Positions 37,429-48,011 of a DNA stretch of 64,000 nt are shown here, piece after piece. Numbering within the stretch: the first letter of the stretch is position 1; every line of letters starts with the position of its first letter. The notes beneath the pieces were generated by a model. It ran no database searches. It saw only the letters and a list, made by a program, of their open reading frames with translations, and was not told the origin of the DNA. The position numbers and the translations under genes were made by a program. The stretch lies in IMG/VR virus record IMGVR_UViG_3300009127_000250, positions 27,195 through 91,194 of that record; one strand, written 5' to 3'. The stretch is from a virus.

Positions 37429-37890
37429 ATGAAAACGTTTAACGATCTTTTTGTAAGTGACACTGACAAGGCCAACAACGGTGTTCCCATCGTTGTTGGT
37501 TATAATGTCAAGAATGAACCTGTAACCTTGTTTATAGCCGAAGCTGGCAATCCGGGCCATGAAAAGGCTCAGCGCCAGTTTGCCAAAGAGCTTGAAGTTT
37601 CCCGCCGAAACAGAAAGCATCGGCAGCGCATCAACGCCAGAATTATTGCGATCGGCGTTCTGAAAACCTGGGAAGGCGTTCTCGACGATGACGGCAATCC
37701 AGTTGACCCAACTGTGGACAATAAGGTTGCAGCTCTTTTGAAGTACAAAAAGATGTATCTCAGGGTTCTGCAAGAATCCGATGATCCTGATAATTATCGG
37801 TCTGACGATCCCGATGAAGATTTGGATGAAGACGATCTGGATGAAGACGAAGCGCTTGAGGATACCTCGGGAAACTTGCAAGCGTCCTAA
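37429..37890 (+). CDS. tail assembly chaperone (G)
   Basis: after the tube gene; slippery G GGA AAC at 37869-37875. Confidence 0.8.
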   Translation: MKTFNDLFVSDTDKANNGVPIVVGYNVKNEPVTLFIAEAGNPGHEKAQRQFAKELEVSRRNRKHRQRINARIIAIGVLKTWEGVLDDDGNPVDPTVDNKVAALLKYKKMYLRVLQESDDPDNYRSDDPDEDLDEDDLDEDEALEDTSGNLQAS

Positions 37891-38261
37891 GATGGACGCT
37901 GAAACACGGCAAACATCTTAAATGGTATGAACGGCTTCACAAAGCCGGTCATACAGTCAAGGTTTACCTTGAACGTCCGCTTCTTTATGAAGATCTCAGT
38001 TACGATTTTAATGCGTTCTTTGAGTTGAATTCAAGTCGCAGTATGGGGTTTTCAATTGGGCCGATTCCGCTTACCGAAATCTACGCCTATATGAAAATCC
38101 GCAAGATTGACAATCCCGAAGAACGTCAGGTTTTTCTAAGACGCATCCAGATACTCGACATGGAGTATCTAAAAATCACATCTGAGGGCAACAATGTCAA
38201 CAAAAGATCCAAACATAGAACTGAGGATCGGAGCCAAAGGAAAGACAAAAAAGGATTTTGA
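37869..38261 (+). CDS. tail assembly chaperone -1 frameshift extension (GT)
   Basis: -1 frame is open from the slippery site through LNSSRSMGFSIGPIPLTEI to 38261. Confidence 0.75.
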   Translation, partial: GKLASVLRWTLKHGKHLKWYERLHKAGHTVKVYLERPLLYEDLSYDFNAFFELNSSRSMGFSIGPIPLTEIYAYMKIRKIDNPEERQVFLRRIQILDMEYLKITSEGNNVNKRSKHRTEDRSQRKDKKGF

Positions 38262-40563
38262 TAGCCTTGATCGTCAGTTAGATAAATCTTTGGACAGATT
38301 CGAAAAACTTGGAGCTTCTGCCGATAAAGTACAGGCTCAATCTTCACGTTTCAGCAAGAAGTATGTAAAGGCCAAACAAGAAGAAAAGAAAATGTTGGAC
38401 ATGATTTCCGGCAAGTCTTTACGTGACTATACTAAAAAGCTGTTTGAAGAAGCCAGAGCTACGGACAGATCTACTCAGGCGATTAAAAAAAGGTCGAAAG
38501 CTGTTAAAGGTGCGGTTGATGTTGAAAAGGAATGGGCTCACCTTAAAGAAATTCAAGCCAGGCGGGAAAAAAGTGGTGCTGCTGCAAAATCAAGAGCCGC
38601 ATTAGACGCCCATCCGGGCGATTTTTACGACCATTACAAAACACCTGAAAGAAATTTAGAAGAATCTATTAAGAGGCAGCGAGACTATGACAAACAAATG
38701 GAAAAGACTGGCAAAACTACGGAAAAAACTGCCAGACGTGTAAGCATCCTGAATACTCGGCTCGGTGATTTCTTTATCATTATGAGTGGTATAGCCGCTT
38801 CCATGTTTGTTTTCCAAAAGCTTCATCAATGGATTCGGGATACTGCCAGGGTTACAATGAGAGCCGAAGAAGCAATGGCCGGATTAAAGTCTGAGATCAG
38901 CGCAACTTCAACTGAAATAAGATTTATAACAGATACATCTAAATTCGCCGGATTCGGCGGGCACATGTCGATTGAAAAAGCAATCGAAAAAATGCAAGCA
39001 TATATCCAAGAAGGATACACCGCAATTCAAGCTACGCAACTGGTGTCCGCAGAAGTTAATAAACTCGAAACCCTTTATGACGGAACTCTAAGTGGAGCGG
39101 CCAATGAACTTAAAGGCGTTTTTACAGAAATTGCCACGGTAATCGGCAAAGCAATAACTCCGGAAGTCCGTGCTTGGGCTAATTATTTTAACAATATTCG
39201 GGAAGAAAAGTTCAGAGATAAAGAAAAGATGTTGCTGGAAGGTATTTCTGATCTTAAATCCGGTAAGCCAAGCCGACATATAGAACATTACGGTCCTAAT
39301 CCCAAAACTCTTAAAGATCTGATCGATGATCTTGGAGTTTTGAATTATCAAAGGCAAATGCAGCTTCATGGTGTTGGTTCCGATCATTGGGATACTGGCA
39401 AGCCTGGCGCTGATATTCGTTATTGGGATGCCAAAGGTAAAGAATCAAAAACATTGGGAGATAAATGGAAAAAAATCTACAAAGATAAAGTTCAGTTCTA
39501 CGGCATGACAGATCGTGAACGTGAAACTGAAATCCATAGCAGGCTGTATAAAAAATTCGAAAAGTTTTTTAAAGACGATCAGAAAAAACTGGAACAGCTT
39601 CTCAAATGGGACACAGTAACCCGGGCTGAAATCTGGCTGAAATACTATAACTATCCTAAAGATGCTGGCTCTGACCATGAAAAACGCAGGCTTAAAGCAT
39701 CAGGTGCCGATGTGAAAGGCACGAAGGGTTGGGATGTTGGAGCGCACGAAACTGCTGAAAATATGCGGAAGTTTCGTGAAAAAAGAGCAAAAGAAATTCT
39801 TAAAGCTGGAAAAGCATCGATGTCTAAAGATCATCATATAACTGCTGCCATGTACGGAAGCGGTTATGCTGTTGACGGCTTTTTCAATCCAACTGATCAT
39901 GAAAGGCGTAGGCTCGGCCTTGATAAGCCCCAATACACCGTGGCCGACCAGGATCGTGATCTTGAACGCATCACGAAAAAAAATAACCGCACAGCCGAAA
40001 AGGTTCTTAAAGAATCTCGTATTTGGACTGACGGTGCTAAAAGGGCGTTTCAAGGCTATGCCGATGAAGCGACCAATGCCGCTCAAAATGTTGAGAATGT
40101 TATAACCAACGGGTTTCAAAATATGGAAGATTCCCTTGTAAATTTTGTTACTACAGGAAAGCTAAATTTCAGAAATCTTGTCGATGGCATGCTTGCTGAT
40201 CTGGCGAGACTTGCTATTCGCCAGAGCATTATTGGTCCGTTGGCCGGTGCATTTAATACTTGGATGGGACCACCATCAACAGGCAAAGCCAGTGGCGGGA
40301 CTGTGGATCCATACTCTGCTTATGTCGTCGGTGAAAAAGGGCCGGAGATTCTACAAATGGGTGGTTCCGGCGGAAATATTATTTCTAACAATAAAATTGG
40401 CCCTGCGCCACCTGTAACGGTCAATGTTCATAATAACACGGAGCAACAAACTAAGGTTCGTCAAGAAGCTCCGCAATTCAACGGCCAGGAATGGGTTGTA
40501 AATGTTTGGCTGGATGCTTTCACCCGAAATGCCTATGGCCTAAGAGACAGTCTCGGCGGATAA
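38194..40563 (+). CDS. tail tape measure protein
   Basis: lambda-H-like C-terminus (FQNMEDSLVNFVTTGKLNF...ADLARLAIRQ, VGEKGPE). Confidence 0.88.
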   Translation: MSTKDPNIELRIGAKGKTKKDFDSLDRQLDKSLDRFEKLGASADKVQAQSSRFSKKYVKAKQEEKKMLDMISGKSLRDYTKKLFEEARATDRSTQAIKKRSKAVKGAVDVEKEWAHLKEIQARREKSGAAAKSRAALDAHPGDFYDHYKTPERNLEESIKRQRDYDKQMEKTGKTTEKTARRVSILNTRLGDFFIIMSGIAASMFVFQKLHQWIRDTARVTMRAEEAMAGLKSEISATSTEIRFITDTSKFAGFGGHMSIEKAIEKMQAYIQEGYTAIQATQLVSAEVNKLETLYDGTLSGAANELKGVFTEIATVIGKAITPEVRAWANYFNNIREEKFRDKEKMLLEGISDLKSGKPSRHIEHYGPNPKTLKDLIDDLGVLNYQRQMQLHGVGSDHWDTGKPGADIRYWDAKGKESKTLGDKWKKIYKDKVQFYGMTDRERETEIHSRLYKKFEKFFKDDQKKLEQLLKWDTVTRAEIWLKYYNYPKDAGSDHEKRRLKASGADVKGTKGWDVGAHETAENMRKFREKRAKEILKAGKASMSKDHHITAAMYGSGYAVDGFFNPTDHERRRLGLDKPQYTVADQDRDLERITKKNNRTAEKVLKESRIWTDGAKRAFQGYADEATNAAQNVENVITNGFQNMEDSLVNFVTTGKLNFRNLVDGMLADLARLAIRQSIIGPLAGAFNTWMGPPSTGKASGGTVDPYSAYVVGEKGPEILQMGGSGGNIISNNKIGPAPPVTVNVHNNTEQQTKVRQEAPQFNGQEWVVNVWLDAFTRNAYGLRDSLGG

Positions 40564-40601
40564 TTTTTTTTTAACCTTAATCTTACTGATAGTAATATAT
40601 T

Positions 40602-40958
40602 ATGGCTAACTTTCCCTTATCCAGAAAACCATCCCCCAAATATTTTTCTCAGAATCCGTTTAAACCACAGGTGAAAACGAATTTTGATGCAGGATATGTG
40701 CAGTCACGCGCTAATGCTACCCGATCAAGGATGGAATTCAGTACTGGATGGGATGGAATTACAGAAACAGAATTGCAGTCGCTTATTACTTTTTTTGAAG
40801 ACAATATCGGCACAACATTCAATTGGACGCATCCCACGACAAGTACGGTTTATACGGTACGATTTGTGGAAAACCGTCTTCCTAAAGCTTCTTATGCCGG
40901 CCAGCTTGACGGCGAAGATGCTTGGGAGCTTGGGCCGATCTTACTGGAAGAAGCGTAA
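40602..40958 (+). CDS. distal tail / minor tail protein M-like
   Basis: GYVQSR...FNWTHP...VRF; position. Confidence 0.75.
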   Translation: MANFPLSRKPSPKYFSQNPFKPQVKTNFDAGYVQSRANATRSRMEFSTGWDGITETELQSLITFFEDNIGTTFNWTHPTTSTVYTVRFVENRLPKASYAGQLDGEDAWELGPILLEEA

Positions 40959-41620
40959 TGTCTTTATCAGCAACAGCCTTTATAGAAAAAAACAAATTAG
41001 CTTCTGAATATTCATGGATAGTTCTTTTAAAGGTCACTTTTCCTGATTCTACGATTATCAGGATTTGCAAGAATGTTGAGGATATAACATGGCCTGTAAC
41101 TGCCGGAGATATCTGGACAGCTTTCCCGTTTGAATTGGATGAAATTGGAGATTCAAAAAAAGGCGAAGTTCCACAGGTGGTCGTTCGAATAGGAAACGCT
41201 ACCAGGGCAATACAGGTATATATGGAAGCCTACGACGGCCTGGTTGAATCCGAAGTGGATATCATGGTTGTTCATGCCAAAAACGTCACTTCGGCCACAT
41301 TGGGAGCAGGCGCAAATAATAGTAATCCTGAAATTGAGCTTAATTATCGCATTGTCGGATCGCATGCTGACAATATGTGGGCAAGCTTTGTGCTTGGGGC
41401 TTCAAGTCCGTACAATTTGCGATTTCCAAGGGGCAGGGTGCTTAGGAATTTTTGCAGATACTACGATTTTAAAGGCGGGCGCTGCGGGTATGACGGTGCA
41501 GACACTTCCTGCGAACGAACGCTGGCAGCTTGCAGATTAAAAATCAACTTGGATTCAAGTAGTAATGAAGCAAGATTCGGTGGATCCCCGGGCGTTGGAA
41601 CAAAAGGTATCTATGTTTAA
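40958..41620 (+). CDS. minor tail protein L-like
   Basis: C-terminal Cys cluster (FCRY...RCGY...CERTLAAC...RFGG.PG). Confidence 0.8.
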   Translation: MSLSATAFIEKNKLASEYSWIVLLKVTFPDSTIIRICKNVEDITWPVTAGDIWTAFPFELDEIGDSKKGEVPQVVVRIGNATRAIQVYMEAYDGLVESEVDIMVVHAKNVTSATLGAGANNSNPEIELNYRIVGSHADNMWASFVLGASSPYNLRFPRGRVLRNFCRYYDFKGGRCGYDGADTSCERTLAACRLKINLDSSSNEARFGGSPGVGTKGIYV

Positions 41621-41999
41621 CGATTTAATTGGCATACCGTTTGTAAAAGGCGAAACAGATTGCTGGTGGCTTGTTAGGCAAGGATTTAAAAAATTCGGAA
41701 TTGAAGTCCCGAATTATGACATTGTCAGAGAAGCCATCGAACAAGTGAATTACGATCTTAAATTAACCGAACATATTGCCATGTCTTTCAGGTTTCAATG
41801 GGAATATTTAGAAGAACCCAAAATTCCATGTTTGGTTTTTATGAGTATGCACGTACCGGATACATTAAGTCATTTTGCTTTATATATCGGCAATAACGAA
41901 ATTCTTCACACATTGAAGGGTAAAAATTCCTGTCGGCAAAAATTAGATCATCCGTATCTAAAAAACAGACAGAAGGTTTTTTATAAATATGTTGGATAG
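41613..41999 (+). CDS. NlpC/P60-like tail assembly protein
   Basis: LIGIPF...DCWWLV...HFALYIG...ILH. Confidence 0.8.
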   Translation: MFNDLIGIPFVKGETDCWWLVRQGFKKFGIEVPNYDIVREAIEQVNYDLKLTEHIAMSFRFQWEYLEEPKIPCLVFMSMHVPDTLSHFALYIGNNEILHTLKGKNSCRQKLDHPYLKNRQKVFYKYVG

Positions 42000-44900
42000 A
42001 AGTCAAATATTAATAACCGCCATTACGAACCATCTGGATCCACTGAACAACCGGATCGTCAGGCGTATTGATTGGGAAGACGGCAAGGCTGTATTTGAAT
42101 ACATGCGGGACATCTATCCAACCATGCCCGAAGATGTCAATGTGGTGAGTTCTGTCAACGGCGGCCCGGTCAGAGATATTCACACTTTTGCTCCTCATAT
42201 CGATGATAATCTTGTTTTCTGCTTAGTCCCTCAAGGCGATGGTGATACTACAAGCATCCTCGCTGTAGTGGCAATGATCGCAGTTATGGTTGTTGCACCA
42301 TATATTGCTGCTGGTTTAGCGAATATGTACGGCGGTGGAACATTTATGGCAGGAGCTGCTGGCGACTATTCGGCAGGAGCAATCTTAGGAAGTCAAGTTG
42401 CTGGATCTTTGTTGACAGTAGGCGTAGCTATGGGCGGGGCTATGATCGTAAACGCCATGCTGCCGAGGTCAAGCGCCGATACTTCTGTAGGTGGAAATCC
42501 GGCTGACGAATCCGCAACTTACGGATGGTCTACACAGGGCAATACTGCTTTAGAAGGTAAAACATGGCCTGTACTGTACGGCACTATGAGGGTTTTTCCT
42601 TATTTGATCGGCAGATACATTTCAAGTTCCGATAATAAGCAATATTTGAATATGCTGTTCGGCGTTGCCGATCACGCTGTGGATTCAATCGGTGACATAG
42701 AGATCAACGAAAATGCTTCAAGTCAATACACAGATATAAATATAGATACGTCTAAAAAAGGTTCACTCAGCCAGACCCCGATTGCAAATTTCAACGATAC
42801 TTACACTGAAAGCTCTGTATGGCAGCCATTGGCATACGGCAGTTGGAAACAGGACACTGCCACGGGCAATGCTACGCAAGGGCTTGTTGTTGGGATCACC
42901 CTGCCCAACGGTCTGTGTTATTTTGCAGACAACGGATCGTTATCTAACGCATCGGTCAGTGTTCAAATCCAGTATCGCCCAACAAGCGGCGGTGCATGGA
43001 CAAATATTGCAACAGACACGATCACCGACAAGACTCAAAAAGCTATCCGGAAAGAATATCGTGTAGATAATTTAACTGCCGATGAATATGAAATTCAAGC
43101 TTGCCTTACGGCTGATCCGCCATCGACCAATCGATATTCAAATACTATATATCTTGATTACGTCCAATCAGTTATTTATGACGATTTTGCATATCCTGGC
43201 GCCTCACTTCTTGGAGTGGAAGCCTTGGCCACAGATCAACTGTCTGGTTCAATGCCAAGGATTTCGTGCCTTGTTACCCGTAACAATGTAGATGTTTACG
43301 TTCCTGGAACTGGCTGGACAACCAAGCCATCTAACAATCCAGCCTGGGCCTGTTATGATATGCACGTTAATGCAGAATACGGCGCAGCCATTCCGTATTC
43401 CAGAATGAATTACTCAGAGTTTAGTGATTGGGCTGATTTTTGCACAACCAATAATTATACCGTCAATATGTATTTTGACACGGCTATGTCGTTCTCTCAG
43501 GCTGTGAATATTCTCAGCACGATGGGACGCGGCACTGTTGTTCAAAAAGGTACAAAGTTCGGTGTTGTTATCGACAAGGCCGACGATCCTGTCCAGATGT
43601 TCGGAATGGGTAATATCGTTACCAATTCTTATAAAGAAACATTCTTAGACACTAAAGACAGGGCAAACTGTATAGAAATTACCTATTTCGATGCTGCTAA
43701 AAATTATACTCGGCAGACCTTTGAGCTTCGGTCAAGTTCTTTTGATACGGATGCTGATATAACTGAAAATAAAATATCCATTGTTTTATATGCCTGCACA
43801 TCCAAAACGCTCGCACTTAAACATGCTAAATTTTTACTTAATTGTAATGAATATCTTACCAGGACAATTTCATTTGAAGTCGGGGTCGATGCTTTAGCTT
43901 CCAATGTCGGTGATGTTATTTATTTTTCACACGATGTTCCACAATGGGGGTATTCAGGCAGAATAACAGGAGCAACATCTACAACTGTTAATCTTGACAG
44001 ATTTGTTACGCTTGAATCAGGCACGTCATACCAGGTCGTTGTGCGTCACTATGACGACGACGATCTTGAATTTGCGAGCATTTCTTTTACTGCACCTGAT
44101 TGGGTCACAGCTACGGCATATAAAGAAGGTGAGAGCGTCAAGAACGGCGGGAATAGCTATACTTCCAAGTCAGATCATACATCTGCGGCTTCTTCTGAGC
44201 CCGGCGTCGGTGGAAGCTGGACGACATACTGGACGCTTGATAACACCGAAATTACAATCAAGGATTTAACTCTTAGCGGAGTATGGAGCCAAACACCACA
44301 AGCTGACGATATTTATTCGTTCGGAGTAACAAATTCGGTTGTCAAAGAATTTAGGATCATTGGTATCACTCGCACCCAAGATCAAAACAGAAAAATCATG
44401 GCTCTTGAATATGACGCCAATGTTTACAGTGATACTGCAACAATCGAAGACTATGAAACTGATTATGATCTGCCATTCGTAACGGATTTGAGGGTTCAGG
44501 AGATTTGGGCAGTGGAAGGCGATCTTCCGACCACATTCGTTAATCTGTCATGGCGGGGCTTTGGGGTTCATACTATATATCAAAAAGAATCAACCGAAGA
44601 TATATGGCGAGCTATCGATACGATTACAGGCAAGAATGATTATGATGTTTATAATCTTGAACCTGGAAAGACATATTATTTTGCAGTTTCGTCAACAAGC
44701 AATTGGGAAGACGGCGAATCAGACAGCATTACATTCGATGGGCCTGCCGGAACAGTTCCCTCTGTCCAGAATATTACCCATTCCGAAGAAGTCTATGCCT
44801 ATCGTGAAAGAAGTTTTACACGCTGGAAAGTGAAATTCGACCCACCAACCTACGGCGATTATTTCTTTTGGTCACATGCCGAGATCTGGCAAATGATTAT

Positions 44901-46758
44901 CGACATGAATACCATCGCCAACGATGAAACGAGCAATGCGAACCATGGAACGATCGAAGGATCCCCGACTATTGAGGACGGTGTCTGGGGTGTCTGGGGC
45001 AAATGTCTTGAATTTAACGGCACGACTCAACGGGTGGACTGTGGCGATGGCGGCACAACCGATCTGGCCGATCTTGGCAATGGTGATTTTTCGATCAGTT
45101 TTTGGATGGACAGCACATCGATACAGAGTGATGGCTGTATGTTTTCCAAGTATGTCGGTGTCAACGATCATATTTTAATCCGGTCGAACGGCACAAGCAA
45201 TGAGCTTGAAGTTGCACTGGCCGATGGAGTGAATTCAGTTGTTGGCACATTCACCGATCTGACACCATTTGATAGTAGCTGGCATCATGTTGTCGTAGTT
45301 GTAAACAGAACAGACGATAAAATTTATGCCTATATAGACAAAACGATCAGTGCTACGGAACCGGATATCAGTTCTATCGATGCAGATGCTTCGAACGCAG
45401 GCAATGTGTCCTGGGGAGCGCAGGACGACGGTTCTTCACCGTATGCCGGCAAGCTCGATGAATGTCGGATTTATAATAGGGCGCTCACGCAAGCTAATGT
45501 TGAAGCTTTATACGAACTTGAAGATCTGCAAACCGATCTGATCGGTTACTGGCCATTCAGTTTGTGGCGATTCGTTACTAAGGCCACCAAAGATTATACG
45601 TTTGATCCGGTGGAAGAAGGCACAGTCCATTATTGCAAAATACGTTCAGTTTCTTCTCACGGTGTTAAAGAAGATTTTGATGCTGCTCAAACGGTCAGCA
45701 AAACAATCATAGGAAAACTGGCCCCGCCAAGCAATCTGTCATCCATGACCGCTGTGGCTAACGGCGATAGCGTTTCAATCTATGCCGATCCGGTGACCGA
45801 CCCCGATATCGAAGGCTACGAAGTAAGACTCGGAGACGCTTGGGACGGAGCTATCTTTATCAGCCTGAATAAAAACTGTTCACTTCGGTTAAACGGTGTC
45901 AGACCCGGAACGCATACATTCTGGATGTCGCCCAAAGATAACTCTGGTAATTACTCGGCCACTCCGGTCAGCGCAACTGTAACGGTATTTATTCCGCCTG
46001 GATTCAGCGAGCTTGCAACCTATGGAAGTTGGGCTTGGGACTTCAATACAGGCACTCATAGCAACACGGAACATACGACCTATGACAGCGGAGATGCTTT
46101 AAAATGTTCTCACACAGCAAGCGTTTTAACCGGAACGTTCACAAGTCCGGTGCATGATCTAAATGCCATCAAAAAAGTCAGAATTTGGGGTGATTTCAGG
46201 ACCGCCTTTGTGTCAACCGACACGACCTGGGACGGCGTAGCTCCGGTAGACGTAGATGAAACAATCGATAATGCCGCAGCCGTTGACAAGGGAGGCGGTA
46301 AGGTCGGCATTCCAATCACAGATCATAATTTTTCTGCAACCGATGGAATAATGCTGTCCGGCACAACAAATTATGATGGAGAAAACACGGTAGATTCTGA
46401 AACGGCCAATGAGGTTGTTATAACGGCAACCTATGTGGCGGAAACATTCGCCGGAACAGAAAGAGCATTTTCTTCGGAAGACGGTGCAACTTGGGACGAC
46501 CTTTTAGCATCGGTTAAAACCTGGAATCAGATTTTTGAACCGGAAGAAGCCGGCCAGGTCAAAGCAACGTTGTATTACAGTGAATCAAGCAGTACGCCGG
46601 GAGTTGGAACTTGGGGATCGGTGGATTTCTTTGAAATTCTGTGCGCTGAAGTTTCGGCCCGGTACGTGTATGTCGAAGTTGAAATTACAGATCCAACGGT
46701 AGATACGAATATATATTTAAAAGAATTAAACATGAAAGCTTACGAAGGCCCGCAATAG
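41989..46758 (+). CDS. tail tip / host-specificity protein J-like with CBM, FN3 and LamG inserts
   Basis: PVLYG, SNNPAW, VGDVI; LamG (FSISFW...WHHVVVV...LDECRIYNRAL). Confidence 0.88.
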   Translation: MLDRSQILITAITNHLDPLNNRIVRRIDWEDGKAVFEYMRDIYPTMPEDVNVVSSVNGGPVRDIHTFAPHIDDNLVFCLVPQGDGDTTSILAVVAMIAVMVVAPYIAAGLANMYGGGTFMAGAAGDYSAGAILGSQVAGSLLTVGVAMGGAMIVNAMLPRSSADTSVGGNPADESATYGWSTQGNTALEGKTWPVLYGTMRVFPYLIGRYISSSDNKQYLNMLFGVADHAVDSIGDIEINENASSQYTDINIDTSKKGSLSQTPIANFNDTYTESSVWQPLAYGSWKQDTATGNATQGLVVGITLPNGLCYFADNGSLSNASVSVQIQYRPTSGGAWTNIATDTITDKTQKAIRKEYRVDNLTADEYEIQACLTADPPSTNRYSNTIYLDYVQSVIYDDFAYPGASLLGVEALATDQLSGSMPRISCLVTRNNVDVYVPGTGWTTKPSNNPAWACYDMHVNAEYGAAIPYSRMNYSEFSDWADFCTTNNYTVNMYFDTAMSFSQAVNILSTMGRGTVVQKGTKFGVVIDKADDPVQMFGMGNIVTNSYKETFLDTKDRANCIEITYFDAAKNYTRQTFELRSSSFDTDADITENKISIVLYACTSKTLALKHAKFLLNCNEYLTRTISFEVGVDALASNVGDVIYFSHDVPQWGYSGRITGATSTTVNLDRFVTLESGTSYQVVVRHYDDDDLEFASISFTAPDWVTATAYKEGESVKNGGNSYTSKSDHTSAASSEPGVGGSWTTYWTLDNTEITIKDLTLSGVWSQTPQADDIYSFGVTNSVVKEFRIIGITRTQDQNRKIMALEYDANVYSDTATIEDYETDYDLPFVTDLRVQEIWAVEGDLPTTFVNLSWRGFGVHTIYQKESTEDIWRAIDTITGKNDYDVYNLEPGKTYYFAVSSTSNWEDGESDSITFDGPAGTVPSVQNITHSEEVYAYRERSFTRWKVKFDPPTYGDYFFWSHAEIWQMIIDMNTIANDETSNANHGTIEGSPTIEDGVWGVWGKCLEFNGTTQRVDCGDGGTTDLADLGNGDFSISFWMDSTSIQSDGCMFSKYVGVNDHILIRSNGTSNELEVALADGVNSVVGTFTDLTPFDSSWHHVVVVVNRTDDKIYAYIDKTISATEPDISSIDADASNAGNVSWGAQDDGSSPYAGKLDECRIYNRALTQANVEALYELEDLQTDLIGYWPFSLWRFVTKATKDYTFDPVEEGTVHYCKIRSVSSHGVKEDFDAAQTVSKTIIGKLAPPSNLSSMTAVANGDSVSIYADPVTDPDIEGYEVRLGDAWDGAIFISLNKNCSLRLNGVRPGTHTFWMSPKDNSGNYSATPVSATVTVFIPPGFSELATYGSWAWDFNTGTHSNTEHTTYDSGDALKCSHTASVLTGTFTSPVHDLNAIKKVRIWGDFRTAFVSTDTTWDGVAPVDVDETIDNAAAVDKGGGKVGIPITDHNFSATDGIMLSGTTNYDGENTVDSETANEVVITATYVAETFAGTERAFSSEDGATWDDLLASVKTWNQIFEPEEAGQVKATLYYSESSSTPGVGTWGSVDFFEILCAEVSARYVYVEVEITDPTVDTNIYLKELNMKAYEGPQ

Positions 46759-46768
46759 GAAATAGGTT

Positions 46769-48001
46769 ATGCCTAATTGGGTAGATGATATTTTTGCTGG
46801 AGGTCATGTAGCACAGACCGATATGCAGAATTTTGAGAATAATCTTGGTTTGTTAAAGAACTGTTTTGCCGGTACATCTGCACCGACCGTTGGTGTAGCC
46901 GACGGTATGTGGTGGTTGGACACAACCAATAGGCTTTTGAAGTATAGGGAAAATTCGGGATGGGTAAGCATTTGGGATTTTGTTGCCGGCGGGCCGGTTG
47001 GCGGTGCTGGCGTACCGACTTCACGGTTAATTTCGGCTGGAGCGGGTATGTCCGGCGGTGGCGATTTATCGGCTGACAGAACGCTCACCCATGCCGCCCA
47101 TACTGGAGACGTTACAGGAGCCGCAGCTTTGGCCATTGCTTCCGGTGCGGTTGACCAAGATGCCATCGGGCCTAATGCCGTCGGTAGAGGTGAACTAAAA
47201 ACGACAATGCAAAGCATTAATAGAACAGCCACAGGTTTTCAAAGAACATCTTGCACAGGCGCAGGGTACTGTTTCGCTCACATGACACAATGGAGCCATG
47301 CGGGGGGGAATTGTGAAGGTGGCGTACTTTGGGGATGGCATGGAGGTTTAGATACATGGGGTAAGGCTTCAATAAAAACAAGTTTATCAAATGGTGCTTG
47401 GATAACATTGCGTAATGGAAACGGATCTTATTTAAACGTATATGTCGATGTTTATTATGTTCAATCTTCGGGAGAACTTCATTGGGTATGGATATTAATG
47501 CAAAATGGAGAAATTGCGGGAATGTCCGCAGCACCAGATCATCCGGCATATGGCACCGGTGTAATGGAAACACCTTTTAGTCCGGAAGATTATGATGTGT
47601 CAAAAGGAGATGAAATTGTACTGATAAACCCAACACTCAAACAGGTAGCACAAGTCAATGCTCGATGCCTTCCGAAAGAAGGCGGTGGTTTTTTGACAAT
47701 AGCAGACATAGAAGCAGGTGCTAAGCGTGACTACCTTAAACAAAAAAGACCCTGGACAGATGCCTTTCTTGAGCTTTTTGAAATTCAGGAATCAAAACAA
47801 GCTGATTGGCCAGACATTCCTGTCACTGTTGCACTTCCCGACGTTTACGAAGGCCAAATTATTTCAGATTGGCGAATGATGCCACAAAAGAAATATGACG
47901 AGGATGGAAATTTAGTATCTGTTATAATTGAACCGATTAAACGGGTAATAGCAAGACCGGACTTTGTTACGCCTTTAACAATAAAAGAAAGGGTTATTTA
48001 A
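46769..48001 (+). CDS. tail fiber-like protein 1
   Basis: GMWWLDT; GMSGGGDLSADRT fiber motif. Confidence 0.7.
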   Translation: MPNWVDDIFAGGHVAQTDMQNFENNLGLLKNCFAGTSAPTVGVADGMWWLDTTNRLLKYRENSGWVSIWDFVAGGPVGGAGVPTSRLISAGAGMSGGGDLSADRTLTHAAHTGDVTGAAALAIASGAVDQDAIGPNAVGRGELKTTMQSINRTATGFQRTSCTGAGYCFAHMTQWSHAGGNCEGGVLWGWHGGLDTWGKASIKTSLSNGAWITLRNGNGSYLNVYVDVYYVQSSGELHWVWILMQNGEIAGMSAAPDHPAYGTGVMETPFSPEDYDVSKGDEIVLINPTLKQVAQVNARCLPKEGGGFLTIADIEAGAKRDYLKQKRPWTDAFLELFEIQESKQADWPDIPVTVALPDVYEGQIISDWRMMPQKKYDEDGNLVSVIIEPIKRVIARPDFVTPLTIKERVI

Positions 48002-48011
48002 GGAGTAAGTT

